NCBI RefSeq assembly: GCF_036321535.1
Contig: NC_087436.1
Location: 19,594,001-19,658,000 of the forward strand
Length of the DNA stretch: 64,000 nt
DNA from: Camelus dromedarius
Lineage: Eukaryota
Reading direction: 5' to 3'
Position 1 is the first letter of the stretch; each line of letters begins with the position of its first letter. The notes beneath the pieces are model-generated. The model ran no database searches. It saw nothing but the letters and a program-made list of their open reading frames with translations, and had not been told where the DNA came from. Positions 35,691 to 47,235 of the stretch are shown piece after piece. The position numbers were made by a program, and so were the translations under genes.

Positions 35691-37846
35691 TTAATCTAGG
35701 TTTGTTTTTTTCCCTCTGAAGACATTGTTTAACAAGTAGTCTGAAGTAACGGAACAACTGAGAAAATCTGTTCTGCAGCATTGAAATCAGAGCGGCCAAC
35801 ATCACAACAGAAAAAATACCTAAAAGGCATTTTTACCCTTGGTGGCTGCGCAGTGCGGGGCTAGGCGGCTGGATCGGTCCATGAAAGGTGTGAGTGAGTG
35901 ACCGGGCAAGGCGGGCAGGAACTGAGGCTTCACCACAAACTCTCTGGATGAGAGGCACGGGGAACAGGGGTATTTTATTTTCGCATCTCTTCTCCCTCTT
36001 AGAACTATCTAAGCCACCAGCTAAAGGCATTTCAAATAAGAGAGGCCTTTCTACCTTTCTGGTTACAGACAGACCCTGCCAAACGCTTGGAAGCGTGTCT
36101 AGCGAAAGCCTACAACCTGGGCTCCCTCCCTGCACCCGAGACTGGGTAGTTCCCACCCACCGTGGATCATTCTGGCAAATGCACAGCGTGGTCTGACTCA
36201 GCTGCCGCCTTCCCAACCCCGGACTCTGCCAGGCGGTGTAGCTGACAGCGCCGAGCATCGAGCACTGAGCATTGAGCAGCGAGTGCATCTCCAGTCTGGG
36301 TCTCGGAGAGTTCCCGCGGTCTAGGTGTCCTTCCTTTAACCCTTCCAGGACTGCTGCGGAGTGGCCCCGCCAGGGTCATCCAAGGAACGCCCGGTCCTCC
36401 CAAGACTCTGGCGCTCTGGACAGAAGGCACCCTCTGGGCTGTCGTGAGCAGGGCGCTCGCCGTCCGTATCCCCTCGGCCAGCAAGGGGCAGACCGCACCC
36501 ACCGTCCGGCGGCGCAGGGCATGGGTCTTCTGAGTGGGAACCGCGGGGCCCACGCCTCCACAATTTACCCGGCTTTTGGGAATCCGTCCAAGCTGTATGG
36601 AGGGATCTTCTGGGCCACCTGTAAGAGTCACGAAACAGGGAACCCACAACCACATTTCTGTGCCCTGGAAACCCATCTCCTCCTCCTCTCTGGGTCCCTC
36701 CTGCCCTCCTTGTTAGGACGGGAGCCTGAGGGCCCAGATCTGAGGTCGACCTCCCCCCTTGTTTGAATGCACTGGGGAGAAGAGACCAGAGTGCTCGGGA
36801 CTCAGGACCACTCCCAGCAGGCCTTCTACCCCCTCCTCACAGGGCTCTGAAGCAGAAAGTAACCCCCAAATTTCCAGTTTGCACTCTCTGCTAGACACCC
36901 TGGCATTATCAAATTGAGACAACCTATTGTGTCGGATGCTGTTCACACATACAAGCAGTTTTAATATAGATTTCCTGCTGCATCTGATGGGGGTGGTGAG
37001 GGGAGATCCTCTCTGCATGCGCAGTCACTGTTACAGCACTTGGCGTTACTCATCCCGACAAACTGGACAGGTGCTGGATTTTAAAGCTGCGTGTGCGTGT
37101 ACAGCTGTGTGTTTAGTTATAAACTCGTAGGAGCTCCCGGAAAAAAAAAAAAAAAATTCCAAAATGGAGTTGAGGGAAGGCCGAGCTGCAGAGCGTACCT
37201 TTGGGAACCACTGCCCAGAGCCTTTCTTTGCTCTTTGCCTCTCCGACTTCCTCTGCTGCCATAGCCCGCAGGCCACAGGGGAACCCTTCAGGAGTCACTG
37301 CGGCCATTTGCTTCTCCCAAGAGCCCTGAAGGCTGCTTTCAAATGCAGCCTTTATACTCCCCCCATGCAGAGGAAACAGAGACCAGAAGTTTGCAGCGCA
37401 AACTCCTGGACAGAGAGAAGACTTGTGAGGATGGCTGTCTGCTCCTGTGGGAGTGCGCAGAGGGGACCAAGGTCAGCAGAGGGAGTGGCTCCTAGACTGG
37501 CGGATGGACACCGGCCTGCTCGCCTGGCGGAGCCTGAAGCCAACTGTGGTCTTGGGCACCTGGCCTACCCTGATCTTCCAGAAAGTGGGATGCTCCAAGG
37601 GAGGGACACTCCCTGCTGGCCCAACCCAGACAGACAGGAGCTCTGACTGCGGGGAAGATGCCCACGGGGATAAAGGAAGCAGCTGCCTTCCTGCTTCCCC
37701 GTTTCCTTCTGTAGCTTTGCTTTTGGAAGAATGCGGAACAGTTGCAAGTGAAGTTAACGGATTGCCTTGACCTTTGGAGAGCCTGTGCTTTGAGGAAGAG
37801 CAAGCAGCAGCCGCCGGTTCACACCTAGCGGAGAGCCGGGCGCCTG

Positions 37847-37857
37847 GCGCATGCGCA
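37847..37857. promoter_or_regulatory. NRF1 palindromic motif GCGCATGCGCA
   Basis: Exact core palindrome in a CpG-containing context. Motif match only. Confidence 0.45.
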
Positions 37858-38915
37858 GTAAAACCCCTTGGAAGAGAGTGAACCGCCTCTATACCGCTGT
37901 GCGCGCTTGTTCAGACACACTGCTGTGCGTTCTTGCTTCTCCCTGAGTTTGGTGTCCTTCTCTGCAGTTGGGATGATGATGGCGAAACCCACCGCACGGA
38001 GCTGATTCCGGGATGAAATGAGGTCACTCACGTGAATGAATGAATAATATCAGCTCTAAAAGGTGACACAAATGTCAGGGATGGGAGAGTTGAGTGCTGT
38101 GTATCAAATAGGCTCCAGAATTAAGGTTTTCGTGGCTAAAAATCAGTTCTGATTTATTCATTGACATTCCCCCCCTCTTCAAGTAACAAATGTAAGTTGT
38201 AAGAATAATCTCCTACCCCCGCCCCCACCAATAGAGCTCAATAGAGCTGTTTTCTTTTTGGATAGAAAAAAAAAATTTTTATAAATTGGTCTGTGTGCAG
38301 ATAAAGGCCGCCCACCAGCGCCCAGGACAGCCTTGTCTACACGGAATGGGCACAGGACCCCTCAGCACCAAAACTTGCTCGTATTTACACTTATTTACAT
38401 ACTGAGCGAGATCTCCATGGCTGCCTGCCCGGAAGCCCTATTTTTAATTGTTTGACGCCCCAGCCACCTTCCTGACCCTTCCTGGCACTTTTCTAAGGAT
38501 TTCCGGCCACCGCTGACTTGCCAGGGAAGGGCTGAACTCAAACCAAAGGCCCCCAAATTCAGCATCTCTAAGCCCCTTTCCAAGGGGATTCTCTGGGCAG
38601 GCCAGGGCTGGCCCCCTAGGGCATGGAGGGGATTTGGGCTTGTGCTGGGGCCCAGCTGCACCCCACGTGGACAAAAGGACAGAGGACGAGGGAAGCAGCT
38701 GCCTGTGACCCTCCAGCTTTCTTCTCTAGCTGTGCTGGAAGAATCAGGAACAGTTCCAAGTGAAGGCAAAGGGCTTGCCCTAAAACTTAGACCAACTGGC
38801 AGTTGTGCTTTGTTTTGTCTTGTTTGTTTGTTACTTTTTGTTTCTCTCTCTTTTTAAAAACAGTGTTTCCTAGACAGAGCAGTAAAATACATGTATTTAT
38901 AAATATTTTCCAAGA

Positions 38916-38930
38916 GTGCCCTCTAGTGGA
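38916..38930 (-). promoter_or_regulatory. CTCF core motif (minus strand TCCACTAGAGGGCAC)
   Basis: Fits the CCASYAGRKGGCRS consensus. Motif match only. Confidence 0.5.
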
Positions 38931-41900
38931 AATCTGGTGGCAGTAGCACATCTTACAAATTTCAGTGACTTTGGATCTTAAACTCTTGGATAAAAATAAA
39001 GCACATTCCACGGAACCCTCCTTCACACGTGACCTGAAAACCGATCCAGTTTCTTCCGCAAGTCCATAAAATGTCACATGGCCTTGACTGGAAATGAAGG
39101 CTGCCTTAAGCCTTTAAAAGGAAATAGCACGCTACTTTTAGAACTGGAAATCATACACGGTATTTAGGGACTTGAGGCGCAGGGAAGTGTGTAGAACGGG
39201 ACCATGGAAGAGATCCATGGTTGTAGTCCTAGGCTGCGCCTGGGTTGCTGGCCAACGGCTTTTATTTTGGCTGTGGAGGGAGCCAAGGCAGCAATAACGT
39301 CCAGCCCCAAAGGCCACACACACTGCTGGGTTTTTACCTTGGCGGATGTGGGACAATGAGTCATTTATGCCTCTTCCTGGTTCTTCCTGGCCAAGGTCAG
39401 CTTTCCCACTGGAACCAAGCAACCTGGCCCAGAGCCCGAGCCGTCTGGAGCCTTCTATTGGGGCCAAGCCCAGGAGAGGGTGCGGACCCACCCGTTCCCC
39501 CCAGAGGGCCCCAGTTCGGGCTCCGAGGTGGCCCTTGTCCACATCTAAAAACCTCATTCCCGCTGCTCAGTTTAGCATGAAGGGCCTCCTGGTGGAGGCC
39601 TGAGGAAATCGCCAGCCCCAGTAAATGTTCCCAGGCAGAGCTCCGTGAGGAGTAAAGTCAGACGGCTTCTGATGGTTCTCCCCCTTTCTGGTGAGCTTTC
39701 CAGAGACAATTAACTTGTACCTGTTGGGATGGATTCCAACTCATCCTGCAAGCACTGCTACTACTAGCAGTAATAAAACAGCTGCCATTCCTTCCTCTCT
39801 TGATTTGACAAGCATATTTTGAGTAACTGCTCTGCACCAGGCACTGTTCTAGACTGGCCACCAAGACAAAGTCCTGATCTCATGGAAATGACAGTCTAGT
39901 TCAGAGACAGATGATATACAAGGACATAGATCATTGGAGGCTCTGAAGGAAACCACGAGAATGGAATGAATACCTAGAGGATCCCGAGATGAATCGTTTG
40001 GGAATACTGCTCTGAGAAGGTAACACTATGCATCTATTATGTGCCACCTGTTTATTGGGTTAGAGGTTGAGGACACAAAGATAAAAAGAAAACGCTGTTT
40101 CTGCCTTCAAAGAGCTCAGAGCCCAATGGTGAAATAATAATTCCATAGGATTCAAACAGTAGGATTTCACAATCGCCCTAGGATCTATTGCTCACAACAA
40201 ATCTGCCCAGCAAATTACATCATCCTCTCTTTATAGATGTGAAAACTGAGCTTAAGAGACATGAAAGGACTTGGCAAAAGTTCTAGAGTCCGTCGTAGCA
40301 CGATCAAGTTTTGAGTTAAGTTCCAAATATCTTATTTCTTGCTTTTCCTATGCCCTGTTTCTTGGTGGAAATGGGGTGAGAAACAATGAGATCACATTGC
40401 CTCTCCCAGCTCAAAGGTTTCACATGGGCACCTGCACTGTCTGAAGTGGGTTAACAGCACACAGCTCCACCTCTGTCTCAGCGTCTGGCTGAAGGACTCT
40501 CGTGGGAGGAGAGGAAGGACCCAGGCCACACACTGGTTCTTCCTCCAATCAAATGTGTTGCTTCTCCAGTCCTTGACAGTGGTACCCAAGTCTGGCAGTT
40601 GATGTCAGACACCCTCACCCTATGTCCTACAGAGATGCTGATGAGATGCTCCCCCACCCAATGAACTCAGATCCACGCCCACACCTGGGGCTCCTTTGAG
40701 CTTCCCTTCACCAGTCTCCTCACATCCAGCAGCCAGAGGGTCAGGTCTCCTGACTCTGGGAAAAGGTCACCCATCCTTTCTGCCAAACTCATCACTGACC
40801 AGACCCTGAGTGGGCACAGGAAGGAAGAAAAGGCCACTGGAAGTGACCCTTGACTGTTCCTCAGCTGCTGGTGGGGGAAGATAACAGCCCACAGCAGGCT
40901 GCAGGCAGATGGTGGTGTGATGGTTTGAGCCTATTCTTGGAAAGTCTTGTCACACCAGCGCTCCCAGGAGAACACAAGAAAACAACTGGACCAACTCCTT
41001 GGGTGATGGGGTTGTTGATCTGATGTCATCTAAACAACCCAGATTCAGAGTACAACATCTGCTTTATACTCAGGAGGAACTGGGAGCATGCTGCGTGTCT
41101 GCCTGTGCTGGGACAACAAGGGACAAATGTACATGTGACAGCATGGCTTTCTGCGGGCCGGGAGGTAACTCCCCTCCTCAGGTGCCCTGCATGGCCTAGT
41201 TACAGACAGACGTGTTTCTGCTAAAGAAATGCCTTGTTTCACCCACTATCCTTTCCTGTAATAAATCTACATTCAGTTTCTACCATGTGGCCAGCACCGT
41301 GCTGGACGCCAGGGGATGGAGCAGAAAATCAAGACACAGGCATCCCTGCCTTTGTGGAGTTTCTGTTGATCAGAATCTACAGCGGCAGCTTTCAGCCCTG
41401 GCAGCACATTCGAGTCCCTTGGAAAGCTTTAAAAACTGCAGACGTGGGCCCCACTCTTAAGAAGTCTAATTTCATTGAACTGGGGTCCTGATGTCAATAT
41501 TTGTATCTGAAGGATTTGGGGCTTGATGAGAGGGTCTCTGAGGGTCTACAGAGATGCATCTAGTCTTTCCAACGGTACAGGGAACCAACCGCCCCCCAGG
41601 GTGACCTGTTAAAGCTGGACATTTCCCCTAGTACCGGGCTGTGGGAGGGAAAGCTCTTTGCTTCCTCCAGAATCTCACTATAGCTGTGTGTCTGACTTCT
41701 GTTTCTGAGTTCCCCACACCAGGAGTCTTTTCTTCTGGAAGTATGACCTGGCCCGTTCAGGTCCTGGAATCTGGATTCAGGGACGCACAGGCTTCACCTT
41801 CTATCGCCCGGGGCCGCAAATCAACTGCCTCTGGCTTCCCCATTCTCACTGACTTCCTTTTCTTTGTTACTTGATTCCAAGCTCTTTTTGTCTCCATCTC

Positions 41901-42238
41901 TTACATCCAGTAGCCTTCCCAGTTTGCTCTGTGGCTCTGGTAGATAGCAGTCACCCCTGCCCAGGACTAAAAGACCTCTCCCCTCCCTTTTTTCTCTAAT
42001 CTTCTGCAGTAGCTCTCTTTTCCTTCCTTCTCCCCATCTCCCACCCCCTCACCTAGTCCCCTCTCCTGCCCCAGCTTCTCTAGACACCTCTGTGGCTGGG
42101 GCATAGGACCTGGAGGGGGCAGGAGGGGAGGCGTCCGGGGCTGGAGATTGGACGTTGTGATACGCTCACCCTCTTCCCCATGCCTGGCGGACACCAGATC
42201 TGGAAAGCGCCTCACCCAGAAACATGACAGAGAGAGAA

Positions 42239-42346
42239 TATATGAAAACAAATATATGTATGCATATGCATGACTGGGACATTGCACTGCACACCAGAAG
42301 TTGACGCATTGTAATTGACTGTACTTCAAAAAAAAAAAAAAAAAAA

Positions 42347-42377
<31 letters not shown>

Positions 42378-42381
42378 AAAT
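42239..42381 (+). mobile_element. Short L1 3' end with poly(A) and (TAAA)n tail
   Basis: ATATGTATGCATATGCATGACTGGGAC...CACCAGAAGTTGAC...TGACTGTACTTCA followed by a long A run. Possible TSD AGAGAGAA at 42231-42238 and 42382-42389. Confidence 0.75.
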
Positions 42382-42486
42382 AGAGAGAACAAAAATATGT
42401 TTGTTTATTTACTATCAAGAAGAGTTGATTTTCAACCCCAGTGGGTCTGGGCTAGTAGAGACTCAGCTTAATCATCATGCCCTGCA

Positions 42487-42546
<60 letters not shown>
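42487..42546. repeat. (AAT)20 microsatellite
   Basis: Read directly from the sequence. Confidence 0.97.
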
Positions 42547-42547
<1 letters not shown>

Positions 42548-44018
42548 TAATAGTGCTAATGTTTGTGCTACATTTGGAGCTGGAAATGATCAGCGACATT
42601 TCCCCTGATGAGGTTAAGCAGCCCGGCTCACGGGGCTGCACATTTGCATAATAAAGGTCAGAAGTCACCAGCTTCTACATCTCTCTCAGCGCAAGCCGCC
42701 TCTGTCCTTGATTCAGGGACACCACATCCTGATGCTCTTCCACATGCGGGCCTTGCTGTGATTCTAATCTTCGGCTTGCATGTGAAATGTCAGCTTTTTT
42801 TTTTTTTTTTGTCTGCCAGAACAACAAATTATGCTTCTAAATGAGAAGATGCCGTCTGTAATGGATAATACAATCTGAAATGCCGAGGCAACATCTGTGA
42901 CCCGTGGTGCTAACCTGGCAAGCTCTAGTCTATTTTTCTAGCCTATCAGTTGATAGGAAAACATCACTTTAGATATAATAATTAATCATTAGTCAAAGTG
43001 GATCTCCCCATTGGTTCCTTGCCTCTCAGACAACCCTGCCTAGCCTGACTATAAATCAGGAAAATACATTCTTTAACAGCCAGTAGAATGCATTTCCAGC
43101 TAGCTTCTCCCGTCTATGAAGTAACCAAACACTTAAGAAGAAACCGTCTATCATCAGTAGATGGGGGAAAATTCTCCCAAGGTGCTATTTGAAGGAAGGA
43201 GAATGCAGAGCCCAGAGGACAGGAGGCAGTGAATTCAAGGCAGTGGCCAGAAACCAAAGACACATCTCTTAGGTCGGTGGTGGGTGGTGGTATCCAGCAT
43301 CTTTCCCTTCCCAGCCTATTGGTCCCTTTTCTCTTTGTCAAATCTCCCCTCAGCCCACTGCCAGGGCCTCGTCACAGAGGGCAGGTCATGCCTCCGCCTG
43401 GCCCACCATGGTGGTCCATCCCCAAGTTCCTGTCATCCTTCTGGCTCTAATGGCAACTGTAGATTCATCATTCTAGGCCACTTTTCTGCTTGATTCCAGG
43501 CTCTCTCTGGAACGACTGAAATATTTACAGCACCCAAACGTGTTCCAAGAAAAATAAATGCTCTGCTGAGTGTGGTGGAAAGAAAAGTGGGTTGTAAGTC
43601 GGGAGGGGAGGCAGGAGCCCAAGAACCACCTGGACTCTAATGTGACTGTGACCTCTCGGTGGCCTTGCTCTCCTCGTCTGTATTAAGGAGGCATTGCTAG
43701 TGAGTGGTTTCAACCCATGCTTGTTTGGAGCCCTGCATGCCTCGGGCAGTGAGGCAAGGTGAGGGAGAGGGGTCGGGGGAGGAGGAGGGGGAGACAGCCG
43801 CAGACTTGAGTTAGAGCGTTCAGCTTTGATCGTCACACCTAATAGCCAAAATTCAAAATTCAAAACCACTGAGTCAGATGATCTTTAAAGCCATTTCCAA
43901 TTTTTCAGTCCTGGTGTTTTCTGCCTCAGTAGTGCCCCCTCCATCGCTGAACGAGGGCGTGGCTTAAGAGACGCTGCTTCATCCTGGGGCCTGTAATTGC
44001 ATCTCCTACTTCCTAGGT

Positions 44019-44238
44019 CAGTGGTTCCCAAATGGGGGTGATTCTGCTCCCCACCTCCCCAGGGGACAGGTGGCAGTGTCTGGGGATGTTTATGGTTGTC
44101 GTAACTGGGGGTGCCCAATGGCATCCAGTGGGTAGAGGCCAGGGATGCTGTCAAACATCTGACAGTGCACAGGACAGTCCCCACAGCAAAGGGCGAGCCA
44201 GTCCGAAATGTTAGTAGCACGGAGGTTGAGAAACCCCA
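44019..44238. mobile_element. MER20 hAT-Charlie DNA transposon
   Basis: CAGTGGTTCCCAAATGGGGGTGATT...GGCATCCAGTGGGTAGAGGCCAGGGATGCTG...GGTTGAGAAACCC: full-length MER20 pattern with terminal inverted repeats. Confidence 0.85.
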
Positions 44239-44529
44239 TGTCAGACCATATAAACTGAAGAAAGAACGCTCACGGGTGAGGTGGGAGGACTCCCATCAGT
44301 TCTCCCTCTGCCCAGCCCAGACTGACAAGGCAAGTCTGCTCTCAAGCCCTCCGGACCAAGAACTGCCCCCGTCTTGGATCTGGGATACGGAACACCAATG
44401 CCCTGGGGACACGGGCACACAGAGCCCTTCAGTTAATTTCTGGAAAGACACTTGTATCACCTGACACACGAGCACTTGTACTGGCCCAAGGTTCAGCCTG
44501 GACCAGGCGGTGGCGATAGTGATACAAAC

Positions 44530-45030
44530 GTTCAACTTTTCACTTGCTCGTTTAACGAATATTTATTGATTACTTACTATGTATTGAGAACAATTCTAGG
44601 TGTTGGTGAAATCGCGGTGAATAAAGCAATGTCTCTGCCTTTATAAAGCTTTCTAGTCGGGGGGGGTCAGAACATATAAGACTTGGGAGGTAAGGAGTGC
44701 TGTAAGAATTACCATGCAGGGAGGGGTGTAGAGGTGAAGCCACTCTGTTGAGGCAACATGGCAGCAAAGTTCCGAAGGCTGCGGATGTCTGAGGGGGAGC
44801 GGGGTTCCAGTCGACAAGAGCATCCAGACCAAGTGAGCTGGATGGAGCCATGCTGCGTCCCAGGACTATTCGCAGCAGCTCAGGGAATATGCAGGCGCCT
44901 GCAAGAAGGTGGGTGTTCCCAGGGCTGGGTCTCCGGTCCCTGGTCAGCCCAGCCAGGTGTTCAGATTTTATTCTGAGGGAGATGGAAAGCCATTAGAGCA
45001 TGTGGAGACAGCATGAACGGATTTATGTTT
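44530..45030 (-). mobile_element. L2 remnant
   Basis: AATATTTATTGATTACTTACTATGT...GTGAATAAAGC...ATTTTATTCTGAGGGAGATGGAAAGCCATTAGAG. Confidence 0.6.
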
Positions 45031-46719
45031 TAAAAGCAAAAAAACAACCGAAAACCGTTTGCCAGATTTCAGTTGTCTTGGCCGCTCCACCCATCGTTTT
45101 CAAAGGAGCAGTCTCAGAATGTTCACACTTTCTCTTTTTGCATTTAAAGAACAGAACAAACACACGGAACAGCAGCCTGCCTTTCATCATAAAGGCCCTC
45201 CCGATATTCTAAGCCAGAGATTATTACGGCTGGTTTTGCCAGCCCCGAGAGGCCAGATGGAGCTGAGTTCTGAATAGCTTCAGACTATGGAGAAGTTCTC
45301 AAGTTTAATAAAAGAAATTAATGCAAATTCATTTCATTTGAATAGAAGAAATTCCTTGCCACACATCATTTTTAGCAGAGAGATAGGTTGGGGTGAGATG
45401 AAATCAAATCCCAGAGCCTGCATTCCAGAAAGGCTAGGATCACGGATTAATACTGGAAGTCCAAGACCGGCAGAGGCTATGCTATCCATAATTTATTCAT
45501 AAATTGCCAGCTCTTCCCAGACAACTTTTCAAATAAAACGTGACACTTGTTTAAATATTTACTGGCTTGTTGACCCATTTTTTTTGTTGTTGTTAATTAG
45601 AATTTTTTTTAAAAGAAAACAAACATTGTAACAGCAAATTAATCCAGACAGCTCTGACAGTGAGATTGCTCAGTCAGGCTACGGTTAAGCGTTGTAGTGA
45701 TTTACTAAAATTATTGTATCTAAGGGGAGAAATCAATTAGAAATATCAGAAATAGTCTCTGAATGTAAAAAGGTTAAGGCCCGCCCTTACCCTCGGTCTG
45801 TGATTATTAAATTAGCACAATAGATGTAAAAGCATTTGTTTAAAATACAAAGAGATGTCAGTGATTGTTTTTCTGTTATTTTCCCTGAAATGTGTATTTA
45901 GCCCCAGACCTCCTTTTCCTCCAAGAAGTGGTTGGCTGAACAATTCTATAGCTGGTCCTATAAAACAAAAAATCTATTTTAAGATGTTGCACTGGAGTCC
46001 TTTGCCTTTTTATAACTTTTAAGGGCTCTTTACTTTTCAGTAAGTGCCTTCAGATTTAGTTAACCCTTCCTATCCACTCCCCTCTGGGGCTCCAGTGAAG
46101 CCAGGCTTAGAGGACCTTCAAGATCACAGTGACAGACGGGTTTTATGTGTGCTGACTTCAGGCCTGGGGGCTCCAGTTGCCCTTGCCAAAGAAGTTGACT
46201 CAGAATGTCTCAGCAAAAAATGTCTGACCCCCAGCAGGACTGTGGCCATTGGCTACCATGCAAGGATGCCTGCATCAACTGGGCTAGAGAAGGGGGGTCC
46301 ACAGGGAGAGAAGCTGTCATGGAAAGGGAGTAACTTTCCCTTTGGTGGCCACAGGATCTCTCTAAATGGACTAGATTTAAAGATAGTGTTGCAGCTGCAG
46401 GATGATGTTAATAACAATGGAATGTCAGTTAGCTCATTAGAGATAGCTAACGATGGAAAGTGCATTTAATCCTCACAAAGGCCAAAAGAGGTAAATAATT
46501 TTGTGACCCGCTTATCTCTGATGCTGAAGCCAAGGCTCAGAGGTCCCGCTGACTCTACTGCTCCCCTTCACTAATGTGACTGAGCCGGTGCTCCCAGCTG
46601 GGGAAGAGGAGGTGCCACACCCTGACACCCGGAGGGTCCCCTCGACCCCTGTGATGCCGTCACCAGGGCATCTCCTGGGGACAGCAGCCTCTCCCCTCTC
46701 ACATAAGCCCTGTGGCAGG

Positions 46720-47235
46720 TCAGCAGTCTAACCGGCGATGCAGTGAATTAAAGATAGCTTCCAATCCTTTGCCACCTCTCTGTCCAAAAACTGAAATCTA
46801 CGGCCATTCCCTTGGAAGAATGAGGGCTGGCCCTTTGACTTACTGTGACCACTGGAATGTGGCGGGAGTGAAACTATGTCACTTTCCAGGCTTGGCCTTA
46901 GAGATCCCCAGCTTCTGGTTTTGTCTGTATGGAACACTCCCTCCGGGAACCCCGCCACCAGGCAAGAATAAGCCACAGAGAAGAGACCACCTTGTTTCCC
47001 ACGCTCATCTACAGCCCCAGGTGAGTGCCCAGCCGGCAGCCAGCAGGAACTGCCAGCCCCATGAGTGAGTCATCTGGGATGTTCCAGCCCATTTGATGAC
47101 ACACAGAGCAGAAGAACTGCCCAGCTGAGACCAGACAAGTCCAGCTTCATATAAGACAATCAGCGCTGGTGACAGTTGTTGTTTTAAACCACTGAGTTTG
47201 GGGGTAGTTCGTTTCACAGCAGACGATCATCAAAA
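46720..47235 (+). mobile_element. MLT1-family (ERVL-MaLR) solo LTR
   Basis: TGACCACTGGAATGTGGCGGGAGTGA...CAGAGCAGAAGAACTGCCCAGCTGAG...TTGTTGTTTTAAACCACTGAGTTTGGGGGTAGTT...CAGCA. Confidence 0.75.

Noticed and set aside
36254..36288. Short repeat array as a CRISPR-like structure
   Set aside because: Adjacent 7-bp units with no spacers, in mammalian DNA with no cas genes.
35833..37803. Cluster of overlapping 100-170 aa ORFs on both strands
   Set aside because: GC-rich sequence depletes stop codons. The translations are low-information R/P/G/S-rich and resemble no known family.
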